Shown: piece by piece, positions 1-9,155 of the stretch
Position numbering within the stretch: position 1 is the stretch's first letter
How the letters are laid out: the number at the start of each line of letters is the position of its first letter
NCBI RefSeq assembly: GCF_003253565.1
Contig: NZ_QKUF01000052.1
Span: 1 to 21,681 of the forward strand
DNA length: 21,681 nucleotides
Direction: 5' to 3'
Origin: Thermosporothrix hazakensis
GTDB taxonomy: Bacteria > Chloroflexota > Ktedonobacteria > Ktedonobacterales > Ktedonobacteraceae
Notes under the pieces: model-generated
The model's database searches: none
The model's input: the letters and a program-made list of their open reading frames with translations, nothing else
What the model was told of the DNA's origin: nothing
Made by a program: the position numbers and the translations under genes

Positions 1-1095
1 CAAACAAAAGACGGTTGTATGGAGGGATTGATAGCCGTTGAGTTTGGGGGTAGCAATGAAGTCTTTAATGCGTCCATCTTTGGGCCGCCAGAGCGCGTGA
101 ATATGGCCTAATGCAAGATAACATTCGTTATCGGTGTCGACCAGAATCCGGAACGAGACCAGATCATGGAGCTGACTCAGCGGGTTCTCGTTGCTCTGGC
201 GAGGCACATACTCCAGCTTGCGGGAGATACTGGCAAGATGTTTTTGCCAGGCGTGCACCTCTGCATGGATACCCGCACGTTTCATCTCTTCCCGTAAGGT
301 GCGACAGACATCATTGATGTAAGGTAGACGCCGTTTGACCTCCTCTTCCACCTCACGGGCGAGCCGCTGATATTTCTCCGGCTCAAGGTAGCTAAAGGCA
401 AGGTCTTCCAGTTCTGCCTGCACCAGCATCATGCCCAGGCGCCGGGCCAGGGGCGCATAAATCTCGTTGGTTTCACGCGCTTTGTTTTGCTGCTGTGCAG
501 AGGACATCGCGCTCAAGGTGCGCATATTGTGCAGGCGGTCGGCCAGTTTCAACACCACCACACGGGGATCTTCGGCCATTGCCACCAGCATTTTACGTAC
601 CGTTTCGGAACGCTGTCTGCGCTTGTCGACGACAGAAAGGGGTACATCTTCCAGTTGCTGCCCCTCAACCAATTTGCGGCCTGCCAGCGCATCAAACTTA
701 GTGACGCCGTCAACGATATTGGCTACCTGGGGACCAAATTGTTCACGCAGATCATCAAGTGTATATTCTGTATCCTCTACAACATCATGAAGCAACGCCG
801 CCATAATGCCTTCTGCGTCAATGCGCATGCCTGCTAGCAGCAGCGCCACCTCAATAGGATGGAGGATGTAGGGCTCGCCCGAGCGGCGAACTACCCCTTT
901 ATGTGCCAGATTTGCCAGTTCGTAGGCGTGACGGATCCGCTCCAGATCTTCGGTCGAGAGATATTGCCGTGCTTCGGCAAAGAGGTCATCGATCGTTACT
1001 CTGGATTCCACAACCTGCATCGACCGCCTGGGAGCGGTCTGCACAATTTGTTCCTCGTGCGTATCAACAACAATTTTATCAGAATCGGTAGCCAT
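1..1095 (-). CDS. relA: Bifunctional (p)ppGpp synthetase/hydrolase RelA/SpoT family, N-terminal part. The HD hydrolase and synthetase domains are present and the 3' end runs off the window. The minus-strand translation begins MATDSDKIVVDTHEEQ at the ATG at 1095..1093, preceded by an in-frame TAA.
   Basis: The reverse-strand translation contains the HD-domain motifs (YILHPIEVA, HDVVEDT) and the synthetase-domain motif (FRILVDT...GHIHALWRP...DFIATPK NGYQSLHTTV). The upstream in-frame stop fixes the start. Confidence 0.9.
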   Translation of the reverse strand, partial: MATDSDKIVVDTHEEQIVQTAPRRSMQVVESRVTIDDLFAEARQYLSTEDLERIRHAYELANLAHKGVVRRSGEPYILHPIEVALLLAGMRIDAEGIMAALLHDVVEDTEYTLDDLREQFGPQVANIVDGVTKFDALAGRKLVEGQQLEDVPLSVVDKRRQRSETVRKMLVAMAEDPRVVVLKLADRLHNMRTLSAMSSAQQQNKARETNEIYAPLARRLGMMLVQAELEDLAFSYLEPEKYQRLAREVEEEVKRRLPYINDVCRTLREEMKRAGIHAEVHAWQKHLASISRKLEYVPRQSNENPLSQLHDLVSFRILVDTDNECYLALGHIHALWRPKDGRIKDFIATPKLNGYQSLHTTVFCL

Positions 1096-1159
1096 TGGAT
1101 CAAACAACCCGAAAAACAATTACAGCTTTACATAAACGACGTACTATTCCTCTTTACAT

Positions 1160-1187
1160 AGTATACTGTTCCATATCGTTTTGTCAC
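1160..1187 (-). promoter_or_regulatory. Candidate sigma70-type promoter for relA on the minus strand. The -35 is GTGACA (rc of 1182..1187), followed by a 16-nt spacer and a -10 TATACT (rc of 1160..1165), about 60 nt upstream of the relA ATG.
   Basis: Hexamer match and spacing read directly from the sequence. The -35 lies inside an inverted repeat, tttgtcac-N18-gtgacaaa (1180..1213). Confidence 0.3.
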
Positions 1188-1836
1188 GTTTATGGGTATT
1201 GAAAAGTGACAAACAGGATAAAAGGAAAGAACGCCCCCTCAAGAAAAAGATGTGAATGGTAAAGGCATCTCTTCCGGGTGCCTCGTCTCAAAGAAACCGT
1301 CTACAAATCCCATTCAAGACACCCGCAAGAGATGCCTTCCCCTGCGGGAAAACTTTCTTTTTTGTCCGTCAAACGAAAGAATATTCCTCTATTATAAAGA
1401 GCCTGTATTCTGTGTCAAGCCAGGCCAAATTCTCTTCTCTCTATCATAACACGAGTCGACTAGACCCCGGAAAAGATAGGGAACCTGAGCACGTGAGCTT
1501 TCCATTCTTGATAAACAAGGGACCTCCCGCTTTCCGAAACAGGGTCGTATCTCTGTACCAGAAAGTATACTTAGCTCTTAAACGAATAAACAGAGAAAGC
1601 CGTCACGTTTATTCCAGCCACTTTCCCGATTTCCGTTGTCCATAAACGGCCTTCAGAACGGGAAGGAAGATGTAGTAAACAGGCGAAGAGCGGAGGAGAA
1701 AGGGATAAGAGAAAAGGACGAGATCAGGAACAGACCCTGACCTCATCCTCCATCATTTCTACGCTTGCGAATGTGATACAGCCGAAATAGCAGCATCGGT
1801 CAGGCAAAACATACTCCCTGGTTCCAGGGGAATAGC

Positions 1837-2154
1837 CTATGCCTCTGCTCGACTGCGAGCTAACCCACGCCTCTCAAAGCATGAACTGCAATAGACAGGG
1901 CGATCATGCCTGGGAAGGAAGGGGACCTGTGTTTCAGTACCACAATCGGCACAAATAACCGTATGCATTTCTCGCGGAGCGCGTTCAGTACGAGTGCCAC
2001 TGCCAGCAGCAGCACGACGGTTGGCACGGCAGGAAGGACAGCGACGAGGCTGGTTTTGTAGACCTTTCTGCTGGTAGAATTCTTGTTCTCCGGCGCTGAA
2101 CACAAAATCGTTTCCGCATTCAACGCACTTCAAGGTTTTGTCAACGAAGCTCAA
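1837..2154 (-). CDS. Small zinc-ribbon protein with two CxxC pairs (CxxC-x17-CxxC type; C..C at CVECG and CPSC, then CADCG and CSSC). It starts at TTG with a perfect SD, AAGGAGGT, 6 nt upstream.
   Basis: The 105-aa ORF has the pattern MSFVDKTLKCVECGNDFVFSAGEQEFYQQKG...RCPSCR...CADCGTETQVPF...RPVYCSSCF, typical of a widespread small zinc-ribbon family. Strong RBS; the TTG start was verified in the sequence. Confidence 0.75.
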   Translation of the reverse strand: MSFVDKTLKCVECGNDFVFSAGEQEFYQQKGLQNQPRRCPSCRANRRAAAGSGTRTERAPREMHTVICADCGTETQVPFLPRHDRPVYCSSCFERRGLARSRAEA

Positions 2155-2553
2155 CTAGGACCTCCTTAAAGTGTCACGAAAATGGTAAACCTCCGGGCCC
2201 TTGATTCAGCAGATGCACCAGTGTGTCTATCCCCCTACCAGCGTGGGACTCGTACTCTGGGCGACACCGTTGCGAGACCGCGATGGATACCGAAAAACAG
2301 CATACATCATCTTTTCACGTTTTGCAAGTAGTTTTACGGTTAAATGTACCATATGGTCAGTAATTTTATGTATATTTTATACTCGACATTATCCAGCATT
2401 ACTGCTGCACGCGGCTCATCTCGCATCAAAGCATGTGTTTGTTTCTCGGGCAGGGCTAAAGATTCGCCAATGCTTGACGTTTATGAGACAATAAGGAGAA
2501 GGTTAGCGATACCTTTTCTTCTGACAAACCCTTTTTCAGTAGAAGATAGATTG

Positions 2554-3747
2554 ATGTCAACAGTGTTTGAGTTTACAATAGACGCGGAGTGTTCTGAGAG
2601 CTGGGCTCGCGCGGGAACGCTTCGCACTCCTCATGGAACCATTCGCACTCCTATCTTTATGCCCGTCGGTACTCAGGCAACGGTGAAGAGTGTCTCACCG
2701 GAAGAGCTCAAAGCCGTCGGCGCTCAGATCATCCTTTCAAATACCTATCATCTGATGCTCCGCCCCGGCTCGCAGCTAATTGACACCTTCGGTGGTCTCC
2801 ATTCCTTTATGCACTGGGATGGACCCATTTTGACCGATAGTGGCGGCTTTCAGGTATGGAGTCTGGGACACTTGCGCAAGCTCAATGAGGATGGGGTGAC
2901 CTTTAAATCCCATCTGGATGGCTCCTATCACACCCTGACGCCCGAGCGCGTGATGCAGATAGAGGCAGAGATAGGCGCTGATATTATCTTACCACTGGAT
3001 ATTTGTGCACCCTATCCCTGTCCGCCACAGGAAGCCCGCAAAGCAATGGAACAGACACATCGGTGGGAGGAACGAGCCCTGATCGAAAAAGAGCGCCAGC
3101 GCCCGGAACAGGCCCTGTTTGGCATCGTACAGGGGGCCTTTGAGCCAGAGCTGCGCAGTGAAAGCGCCCGTATTATCGGCAGCATGCCTTTCACCGGGTT
3201 CTCGATTGGTGGGCTTTCAGTTGGCGAGCCAAAGGCCACGATGTGGGAGATGCTGCGCTATGTCACGCCCGAACTGCCACGCGAGAAGCCGCGTCACTTG
3301 CTTGGTGTTGGCTCTCCCGAAGATCTGGTGATGGGTGTCGGGCTCGGGATGGACATGTTTGACTGCGTGCTCCCGACGCGCGTCGCCCGCCACGGGGGTC
3401 TCTTTACGCGTTCTGGACGCATCAGCATCAAAGCCGCACGCTATCGGACCGCCACCGGGCCAATAGAGGAGGGATGCGACTGTTACACCTGCCGCAATTA
3501 TAGCGCGGCCTACGTCCATCACCTGCTGCGTGCGGAAGAGCAGTTGTACTATCGTCTGGGAACCATTCATAATCTACGTTTTATGCTTCGTCTGGCCGCT
3601 GAACTGCGCGAAGCGATTATCACCGGAAACTACATCGCCTATCGTGATGAGTTCCTGGAACGCTACAAACCCGCCTCAGAAGCAGTTCGTGAACAGCAGC
3701 GAGAAAAGTGGAAAGCAGCCGCCCGGGCCCGTCAGGCACAGGGCTAA
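2554..3747 (+). CDS. tgt: Queuine tRNA-ribosyltransferase (tRNA-guanine transglycosylase).
   Basis: MSTVFEFTIDAEC...TPIFMPVGTQATVK aligns with the N-terminus of Tgt. The Zn site CDCYTCRNYSAAYVHHL and the substrate pocket LTDSGGFQ are present. The ORF is open for 70 codons further upstream (2344), but the ATG at 2554 matches the family N-terminus. Confidence 0.9.
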   Translation: MSTVFEFTIDAECSESWARAGTLRTPHGTIRTPIFMPVGTQATVKSVSPEELKAVGAQIILSNTYHLMLRPGSQLIDTFGGLHSFMHWDGPILTDSGGFQVWSLGHLRKLNEDGVTFKSHLDGSYHTLTPERVMQIEAEIGADIILPLDICAPYPCPPQEARKAMEQTHRWEERALIEKERQRPEQALFGIVQGAFEPELRSESARIIGSMPFTGFSIGGLSVGEPKATMWEMLRYVTPELPREKPRHLLGVGSPEDLVMGVGLGMDMFDCVLPTRVARHGGLFTRSGRISIKAARYRTATGPIEEGCDCYTCRNYSAAYVHHLLRAEEQLYYRLGTIHNLRFMLRLAAELREAIITGNYIAYRDEFLERYKPASEAVREQQREKWKAAARARQAQG

Positions 3748-3798
3748 AACCTGATACCACTTTTGCCCTCTCGGCCATGCGAAAGGATAGAAAGTCAT

Positions 3799-4635
3799 AT
3801 GCAATCAGCATACCGTTTTATTGATACCGGCACGCATGATGCCATGTTGAACATGGCACTTGATGAAGCCATTCTTCTGCACCATATCGAGGGAAAAGTC
3901 CCGCCTACGCTGCGCGTCTTTCGGTGGGATCGCCCCTCTATTTCGCTCGGGCGTTTCCAGAGCATCGAACGCGAGATTTTACAGCACGTTTGCGAGCAGC
4001 GAGGCGTTGCACTGGTCCGCCGCCCGACAGGTGGTCGCGCCGTCTATCACCGCGACGAATTTACCTATAGCATCGTGATCGGAAAGCGTGAAGGTGTACC
4101 TTCCGGTGTCGTTGCCGCCTATGCCTATCTCTCTCAGGGATTGCTGGCAGCATTGGAGCGGCTTGGCATCCATGCCGAGATCAGTGACGAGCGCGTCCGA
4201 AAAAATCCCTCTGCCGCGTGCTTTGCCTCGTCGACGCAGGCGGATCTGACCAGCGGAGGCTTTAAGCTTGTGGGCAGCGCTCAAGTCTGGAAAGACGAAT
4301 CACTGCTTCAACAGGGCTCACTGCCACTCGATGACCGGGCATCAGAATTCTTTGAGTTGCTTCGCTTCCCCGATGAAGATGCACGCGCCGAGGCGCTGGC
4401 TGTCTATCGAACCAAAACAACGCCGCTCCACACCTTTGCACCAGAGGCTACATGGGAACAAGTGGCAGAAGCGTTCTGTATTGGCTTCGGGAAAGCATTA
4501 CAGGTACCTTTTGAGCCAGGAGATGTAACCGCCTCAGAATGGGAACTGGCACACCAGCTTGTTGAAGAGAAGTACAGCAAGCTCGTCTGGCGTAAGGAGA
4601 AGGTTACATTGCTCGGACGCGATACATCAAAATAG
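3799..4635 (+). CDS. Lipoate-protein ligase / octanoyltransferase family protein (BPL/LPL catalytic domain; LplA/LipM-like).
   Basis: FIDTGTHDAMLNMALDEAIL...TLRVFRWDRPSISLGRFQ...RRPTGGRAVYH...FKLVGSAQ is the canonical LplA-family core. The ATG at 3799 has an AAGGA RBS; a 51-nt gap after tgt suggests co-transcription. Confidence 0.8.
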   Translation: MQSAYRFIDTGTHDAMLNMALDEAILLHHIEGKVPPTLRVFRWDRPSISLGRFQSIEREILQHVCEQRGVALVRRPTGGRAVYHRDEFTYSIVIGKREGVPSGVVAAYAYLSQGLLAALERLGIHAEISDERVRKNPSAACFASSTQADLTSGGFKLVGSAQVWKDESLLQQGSLPLDDRASEFFELLRFPDEDARAEALAVYRTKTTPLHTFAPEATWEQVAEAFCIGFGKALQVPFEPGDVTASEWELAHQLVEEKYSKLVWRKEKVTLLGRDTSK

Positions 4636-4659
4636 CATCTTTAGCCTAAATATACCTCA

Positions 4660-4688
4660 TTGCATGGCATCCTCAGGTGCGGTACAAT
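4660..4688 (+). promoter_or_regulatory. Near-consensus sigma70 promoter: TTGCAT at 4660..4665, a 17-nt spacer, and TACAAT at 4683..4688.
   Basis: Read directly from the sequence. It predicts a TSS near 4695 and a leader of about 210 nt before the DUF336 gene. Confidence 0.45.
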
Positions 4689-4908
4689 GAAGCCACACAC
4701 TTGCACACTTTCTGTGACGCGTCCGGCGGTCAGAAAGGGCAAGGGAGGGAAAGAGAACAGAATCTGTTTTTCGCTTCGTTTACTGCACCTGAAAACCAGT
4801 ATCCGGGGAGCTGCCCTTTTTCTTACTTTCTTCTTTCGAGCCAGACAAAAAAGAGCTTGAAGAAGCATTATCTTATGTAAAATAAGAAATTTTAAGGAGT
4901 TCTAGGCT

Positions 4909-5583
4909 GTGAGCATTACAATCGACTTGGCCCGCAGAATCATGGAAGCCTGCAAACAACGCGCGCGCGAATTGCGTAGCCCCGTCAGTATCGCGATTGT
5001 TGATGCTGGTGGACATCTGGTTCTTTTCGAGCGCATGATGAGCCCCTATGGTTGGGCAACCGGAAATATCAGTATTGCCAAAGCCACAACAGCAGTCATG
5101 TTTAACCAGTCGACCCATTCGGTCGCCCAGTGGGCAGCACATATTCCTGGCTTCGCTTCCAGCCTGGCCCAGATGACCGATGGCAATTTCATTCTGGCGG
5201 ATGGCGGATGGCCCATTCGTGTCAATGGCGCAACCATTGGTGGCATTGGCGTCAGTGGAGGCAATGCCCCGGGCCGTGATGATGATATAGCTCAGGCCGG
5301 TCTTGCTGCGCTGGAAGCTGCGCAGCCACCAGTTCCCCAGGTCCCACAGCCCCCACAGCAACAACAACAATATCAGATGCCTCCGGCATACGCGAATCTT
5401 CAAGGTCAGGGGCCTGCCGCGTCGATCTACGCTCCCCCTCCGGCCTATACAGCACCACATGCAGGTTATCCGCATGCGGCAGAGCCAATGCGAAGAGAGC
5501 AACCGCCACGTGAGCAATACCACGAAGAACAACCGAAAGTACAGGTTTCGCAGGAAAAAAACGAAAGCGAGAACCCACAATAA
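4909..5583 (+). CDS. GlcG/HbpS-like (DUF336) putative heme-binding protein with a Pro/Gln-rich low-complexity C-terminal tail of about 85 aa.
   Basis: The core VSIAIVDAGGHLV...GIGVSGGNAPGRDDDIAQAG is the DUF336 signature. It has a GTG start with an AAGGAG RBS 10 nt upstream. The tail is PPVPQVPQPPQQQQQYQMPPAY.... Confidence 0.75.
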   Translation: MSITIDLARRIMEACKQRARELRSPVSIAIVDAGGHLVLFERMMSPYGWATGNISIAKATTAVMFNQSTHSVAQWAAHIPGFASSLAQMTDGNFILADGGWPIRVNGATIGGIGVSGGNAPGRDDDIAQAGLAALEAAQPPVPQVPQPPQQQQQYQMPPAYANLQGQGPAASIYAPPPAYTAPHAGYPHAAEPMRREQPPREQYHEEQPKVQVSQEKNESENPQ

Positions 5584-5631
5584 GCGGAGAGCATACGCTT
5601 GAACCGCGAAATGTTCAGGAGAACGAGAACT

Positions 5632-6396
5632 ATGACCCAGGAGTACAAAGTCAGTACCAGACGAAGAAAAGCAAAGCGCCAGCGCGCAGTGATCGTGACT
5701 TCGCCTGAGGGCGTGCTTCATTCCGTAGAACCAACACCGGAGGAGAGCACATCAGCAGCCGAGGAGAGTCATGCTGTCGCCGTCCAGACGCTTGAGGCTG
5801 ATACTGTTGAGGAGTCTCCGGCCCCATCACGTCGCCGCCTCCCCGGCTTCTTCTCAAAGGTCGGAAAAAGTCAGGAGACGCAGCCGGAGGAGATAGCGCG
5901 GGCGCGCCTGGCCCGTGCATCACGTAACAAGGCTCAGAAGCACGAGGGGAAGGACACCAAAGAAGAGGAGACAAAGGCGGAGAAGCCGAAAAGCCCATCT
6001 AAACCAGCTCCGCTCTTTAAAACTCGCTGGATCCTGGGCCTGCTCATCTATATGCTTGTCGCCAACGTGTTAAGCTACGGCGTCATCACCCTTACCAATG
6101 CGCTTGGATGGGAACGCATTCTACTCGAACATCTTTTCGGCCTACCGCTGCGTATCACAACATCAAGCCTGATCTTTATTATCGCTCTTATCGTTCTGCT
6201 TGTTGTTCTAGTCAAGTTCGATCTGTTGCCACGCTTCAACACAACATCGAATACAAACCGTGGGAAAAAGCCCTCTTCTAGCAAAGAGAGCTCGACCCCG
6301 CGTGTACAGCCAACCATCAAACAGGGAGAAAAGGGCGCTGACGACGATCTCTATATACAGTATCGTCTGCAACAGCGCAAAGAAAAACGCCGCTAA
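5632..6396 (+). CDS. Hypothetical membrane protein. The N-terminal half is highly charged and disordered (K/E/S-rich), followed by two predicted TM helices and a basic C-terminus.
   Basis: The hydrophobic segments WILGLLIYMLVANVLSYGVITL and SLIFIIALIVLLVVLV are apparent. Start chosen at the ATG at 5632 with a GGAGAA RBS; an ATG at 5611 and a TTG at 5599 are alternative starts. No family recognised. Confidence 0.5.
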   Translation: MTQEYKVSTRRRKAKRQRAVIVTSPEGVLHSVEPTPEESTSAAEESHAVAVQTLEADTVEESPAPSRRRLPGFFSKVGKSQETQPEEIARARLARASRNKAQKHEGKDTKEEETKAEKPKSPSKPAPLFKTRWILGLLIYMLVANVLSYGVITLTNALGWERILLEHLFGLPLRITTSSLIFIIALIVLLVVLVKFDLLPRFNTTSNTNRGKKPSSSKESSTPRVQPTIKQGEKGADDDLYIQYRLQQRKEKRR

Positions 6397-6439
6397 ACAG
6401 ACAGTCAAAGGATGTCCCGCTGCGAGATCACAGGGGACA
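6397..6439 (+). terminator. Intrinsic terminator between convergent genes: a 13-bp stem (6397..6408 pairing with 6424..6436) followed by a T7 run.
   Basis: aaagggatgtccc ... gggacatccttttttt, read directly. Confidence 0.6.
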
Positions 6440-6460
6440 TCCTTTTTTTCTACCTGCAAA

Positions 6461-8926
6461 TTAGAGCTTACGCACGGTAATCTCGGTCTCGTCCAGGCCC
6501 TCCGCGACGAGCACCTGAGGATCACCCGGGAAGACATCAAGCATATTATCGCTCCACTTGACGCCATCATTTGCGGTAAGGTAGACACCTTTAGCCGGCC
6601 GCTGCGCCTGCACACGCACGGTCTGCTCATCCAGGCGTTCCACCGTGACCCCGGGATCGGGCAACGTCAGATACTTGAAGGGCTCCGGCCAGAGCGACGC
6701 GCGCGCCAGCACCTCACCCTGAACGAGTAACCGCACAGCGATCACACAGCTCCCGTTCAGCTCTTGCTCGCTTTCCATCAGCTCGGTTGCCTGATTCGGG
6801 AGCAACGTCACCGGGCGCTTCTCCTCGGTTACAAGGATACCATCCAGCTTCCAGACTCGCACCTCAAGTTCAGCATGCTGCTCTGTGCGCAGGCTACTGA
6901 CCCCCCAGATCGCGACTCGCTTCTGTCCGGCATGAGCGATCCCGAGCGCGAACGGAGCAAGCTCACGGCGAATGGTATAGTAAGACGGTTTGGGCCGGAG
7001 CGCATAGTCAACCAGTGCCCAACTCGTTACCGGCCAGCAGTCGTTTAACTGCCACACAAGCGCACCCGCAGTCTCTTCACGCCCTTCACCTCTCCAGAGC
7101 CGCCGCCAGCTCCGAATAGCGACCCCGATAGCCTCCGACTGCACGAACTGAGACGCATAGATATACTCTTCCAGTGTGTTTCCGGGAATGCGCAGATTCT
7201 GCTGAATATAGCCCGCGATGCGCTCCGGACCATAGAGCCCCTTGTTGTGAAAATCAAGCGTACGGCTCTGCGGATACAGCTCCTCTTTCTCCGCAACCGA
7301 AGCCAGCGTGCGCACATCTGGAAATGCCTGCATCCCAAACTCACTGACGAAGCGACCGGCATACTGCGGGTAATTCTGATAGGGCTCCAGCGTCTGCCAG
7401 ATGCCCCAGGCATGTTTATCACCCTGTGTGGGGTCATCGGGATTGGCTCCGGCATATGGGCTACCGGGCCAGTATGGACGCGTTGGGTCCAGTTTCGCGC
7501 ACAACTCAGGGAACATCCGCTCATAGAGCACCCGGGCAGGAAACTCGGTCTGTGTAAAGTCACCCTGGAAAGCAGGATCATATTTCCCTTCAGAGGCCGC
7601 GAGCTGGTAATCCTCATTATTTCCGGCCCAGATCACAATAGAGGGATGATGACGCAGACGGCGCAGGTTCTCATCGACCTCCTTGCGCACGCTCTCCTGG
7701 AACCACTCCGAGGCCGGATAGAGCGCACAGGCAAACATCAGATCCTGCCAGACCAGCAGTCCCATTTCGTCGCAGAGGTCATAGAACACATCCTCCTCGT
7801 AAATACCACCACCCCAGACGCGAAGCATATTCATGTTCGCATCGACAGCCAGTTGCAGCCAGCGACGATAGCGCTCCGGTGTCACCCGTGGCAGGAACGA
7901 ATCAGCCGGAATCCAGTTCGCACCCCCGCAGAAGATGGGCACATTGTTGATCTGAAAGAAGAAGCTGGTGCCAGGCTTCTCGGCCAGAGGACGCTGAATT
8001 AATTCCAGACGCCGCAGACCAAGCCGCTGCGAGCGCTCATCATAGACGACATCACCCTTGCACAGTGTTGCCACCACACGATAGAGAGGCTGTTCACCGT
8101 AGCCATGCGGCCACCAGAGTTGCGGGTTTTCCAGCGTAAACGTATGTTGCAGTTCGGCCTCTTCGGTCACGGGAAGCGTTGCGGTTGTGACCTGTGAGCC
8201 GTCGGGCGCTTCCACCACAAGATGCAGTTCAGCATCAGTCAGCGCGGCAGCAGACTGTACCTGGACGCTCACCGGTACGGTTGCGCTCCGCAGATCGGCC
8301 GCCACGTTTGCTGGACAATGCAGCTCGGCGATACGAGCGTCATAGGCTTCCAACCGCACCGGACGCCAGGGACCAGACGTCATAAAGACCGGGCCCCAAT
8401 CCCAACCATAGTGATACTGCGCCTTGCGCACATACACCCGGCTGGAATCGCCATTCCAGAGCGAGCGCACGCCCTCTTGTGCCTCACGCTCTTTGCCGTG
8501 CGGCATAGCAGCTTCAAAGAGAATATGCAATGTGTTGCGTCCAGGGCGTAACAGCTTTGTTACAGGCACACGATACGAGAGGAACATGTTCTCACAGCCG
8601 ATAATCCTGGTGCCATTGAACCAGACCGTAGCGAAGGTATCCAGTCCATCAAAACAGAGCTCCACCACCTGCGCCTGACGCAGTTCGTCAGGGATCTCAA
8701 ATTCACAGCGATACAGCCAATCGCAGTCACCAATCCACTGCAATTGCTCTTCATTTGTGCCGGTGAAGGGGTCAGGGATCTGGCCCTGCTGCAAGAGATC
8801 CAGATGAACCACGCCCGGCACGCTTGCGGAGAGCCACCCATCCAGGCTGGTAAAATCATCAATCAACGAGAGCGAAGCATTTCTTTGTTTGAGCTGCCAC
8901 CCCTCGGAAAGTCGTACTTGCTTCAT
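6461..8926 (-). CDS. GH2 family beta-mannosidase.
   Basis: GH2 beta-mannosidase motifs are present: WWPHGYGEQPLY, the acid/base IVIWAGNNEDYQ, and the nucleophile FVSEFGMQAFP. At about 820 aa the length is typical. Start assigned to the ATG MKQVRLSEGW at 8926; a GTG 6 codons upstream (8944) is possible. Confidence 0.85.
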   Translation of the reverse strand: MKQVRLSEGWQLKQRNASLSLIDDFTSLDGWLSASVPGVVHLDLLQQGQIPDPFTGTNEEQLQWIGDCDWLYRCEFEIPDELRQAQVVELCFDGLDTFATVWFNGTRIIGCENMFLSYRVPVTKLLRPGRNTLHILFEAAMPHGKEREAQEGVRSLWNGDSSRVYVRKAQYHYGWDWGPVFMTSGPWRPVRLEAYDARIAELHCPANVAADLRSATVPVSVQVQSAAALTDAELHLVVEAPDGSQVTTATLPVTEEAELQHTFTLENPQLWWPHGYGEQPLYRVVATLCKGDVVYDERSQRLGLRRLELIQRPLAEKPGTSFFFQINNVPIFCGGANWIPADSFLPRVTPERYRRWLQLAVDANMNMLRVWGGGIYEEDVFYDLCDEMGLLVWQDLMFACALYPASEWFQESVRKEVDENLRRLRHHPSIVIWAGNNEDYQLAASEGKYDPAFQGDFTQTEFPARVLYERMFPELCAKLDPTRPYWPGSPYAGANPDDPTQGDKHAWGIWQTLEPYQNYPQYAGRFVSEFGMQAFPDVRTLASVAEKEELYPQSRTLDFHNKGLYGPERIAGYIQQNLRIPGNTLEEYIYASQFVQSEAIGVAIRSWRRLWRGEGREETAGALVWQLNDCWPVTSWALVDYALRPKPSYYTIRRELAPFALGIAHAGQKRVAIWGVSSLRTEQHAELEVRVWKLDGILVTEEKRPVTLLPNQATELMESEQELNGSCVIAVRLLVQGEVLARASLWPEPFKYLTLPDPGVTVERLDEQTVRVQAQRPAKGVYLTANDGVKWSDNMLDVFPGDPQVLVAEGLDETEITVRKL

Positions 8927-9125
8927 CAGTGAATATCCACCCACAATCTTTACAAAAGTGAACGCTCTGACACGTTTTCTCTGCTTGCAAAAAAGCAGTC
9001 AACCCCTCTCCATGTTCCCTCTCACCCGCGCGAGCGCTTCCCTTCCATTATCTTAAAGATCGTGCAATGAGGCAAGCAAGAAAAAAAAGAAATACCCCTC
9101 AACTGGCTATTCCCCCCCTTTAGGC

Positions 9126-9155
9126 TTGACATTCCTTGCATTACCCCCTTATAAT
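9126..9155 (+). promoter_or_regulatory. Consensus sigma70 promoter: TTGACA at 9126..9131 and TATAAT at 9150..9155 with an 18-nt spacer (or TTATAA with a 17-nt spacer).
   Basis: Read directly. It sits about 270 nt upstream of the DAHP synthase start. Confidence 0.5.

Noticed and set aside
1252-1645. Plus-strand ORFs (65 and 129 aa) inside the long AT-rich spacer.
   Set aside because: They have a Ser/Phe-rich low-complexity composition, no RBS and no recognisable domain, and the region is AT-rich. They were treated as non-coding.
1660-1675. A ggaaggaag motif reminiscent of SRP RNA domain IV.
   Set aside because: Only a 9-nt coincidence. The flanking sequence does not match the conserved SRP helix 8 (GGAAGCAGCC) and no symmetric pairing partner was found.
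2344-2553. A 70-codon N-terminal extension of the tgt ORF (MYHMVSNF...).
   Set aside because: The ATG at 2554 (MSTVFEF...) aligns with the conserved Tgt N-terminus. The upstream extension lies in AT-rich promoter-like sequence and has no RBS.
2155-2553. Possible preQ1 riboswitch upstream of tgt.
   Set aside because: tgt is not a usual preQ1-riboswitch target and no small hairpin plus A-rich tail motif was found.
4873-5721. A 282-aa minus-strand ORF antisense to the DUF336 gene.
   Set aside because: It lies fully within a recognisable sense-strand gene and has no family resemblance. It is a typical high-GC antisense artefact. The same reasoning applies to 7247..8002 (+) antisense to the beta-mannosidase, 11777..12253 (-) antisense to ricT, 3217..3570 (-) antisense to tgt, 6208..6630 (-) and 16453..16824 (-).
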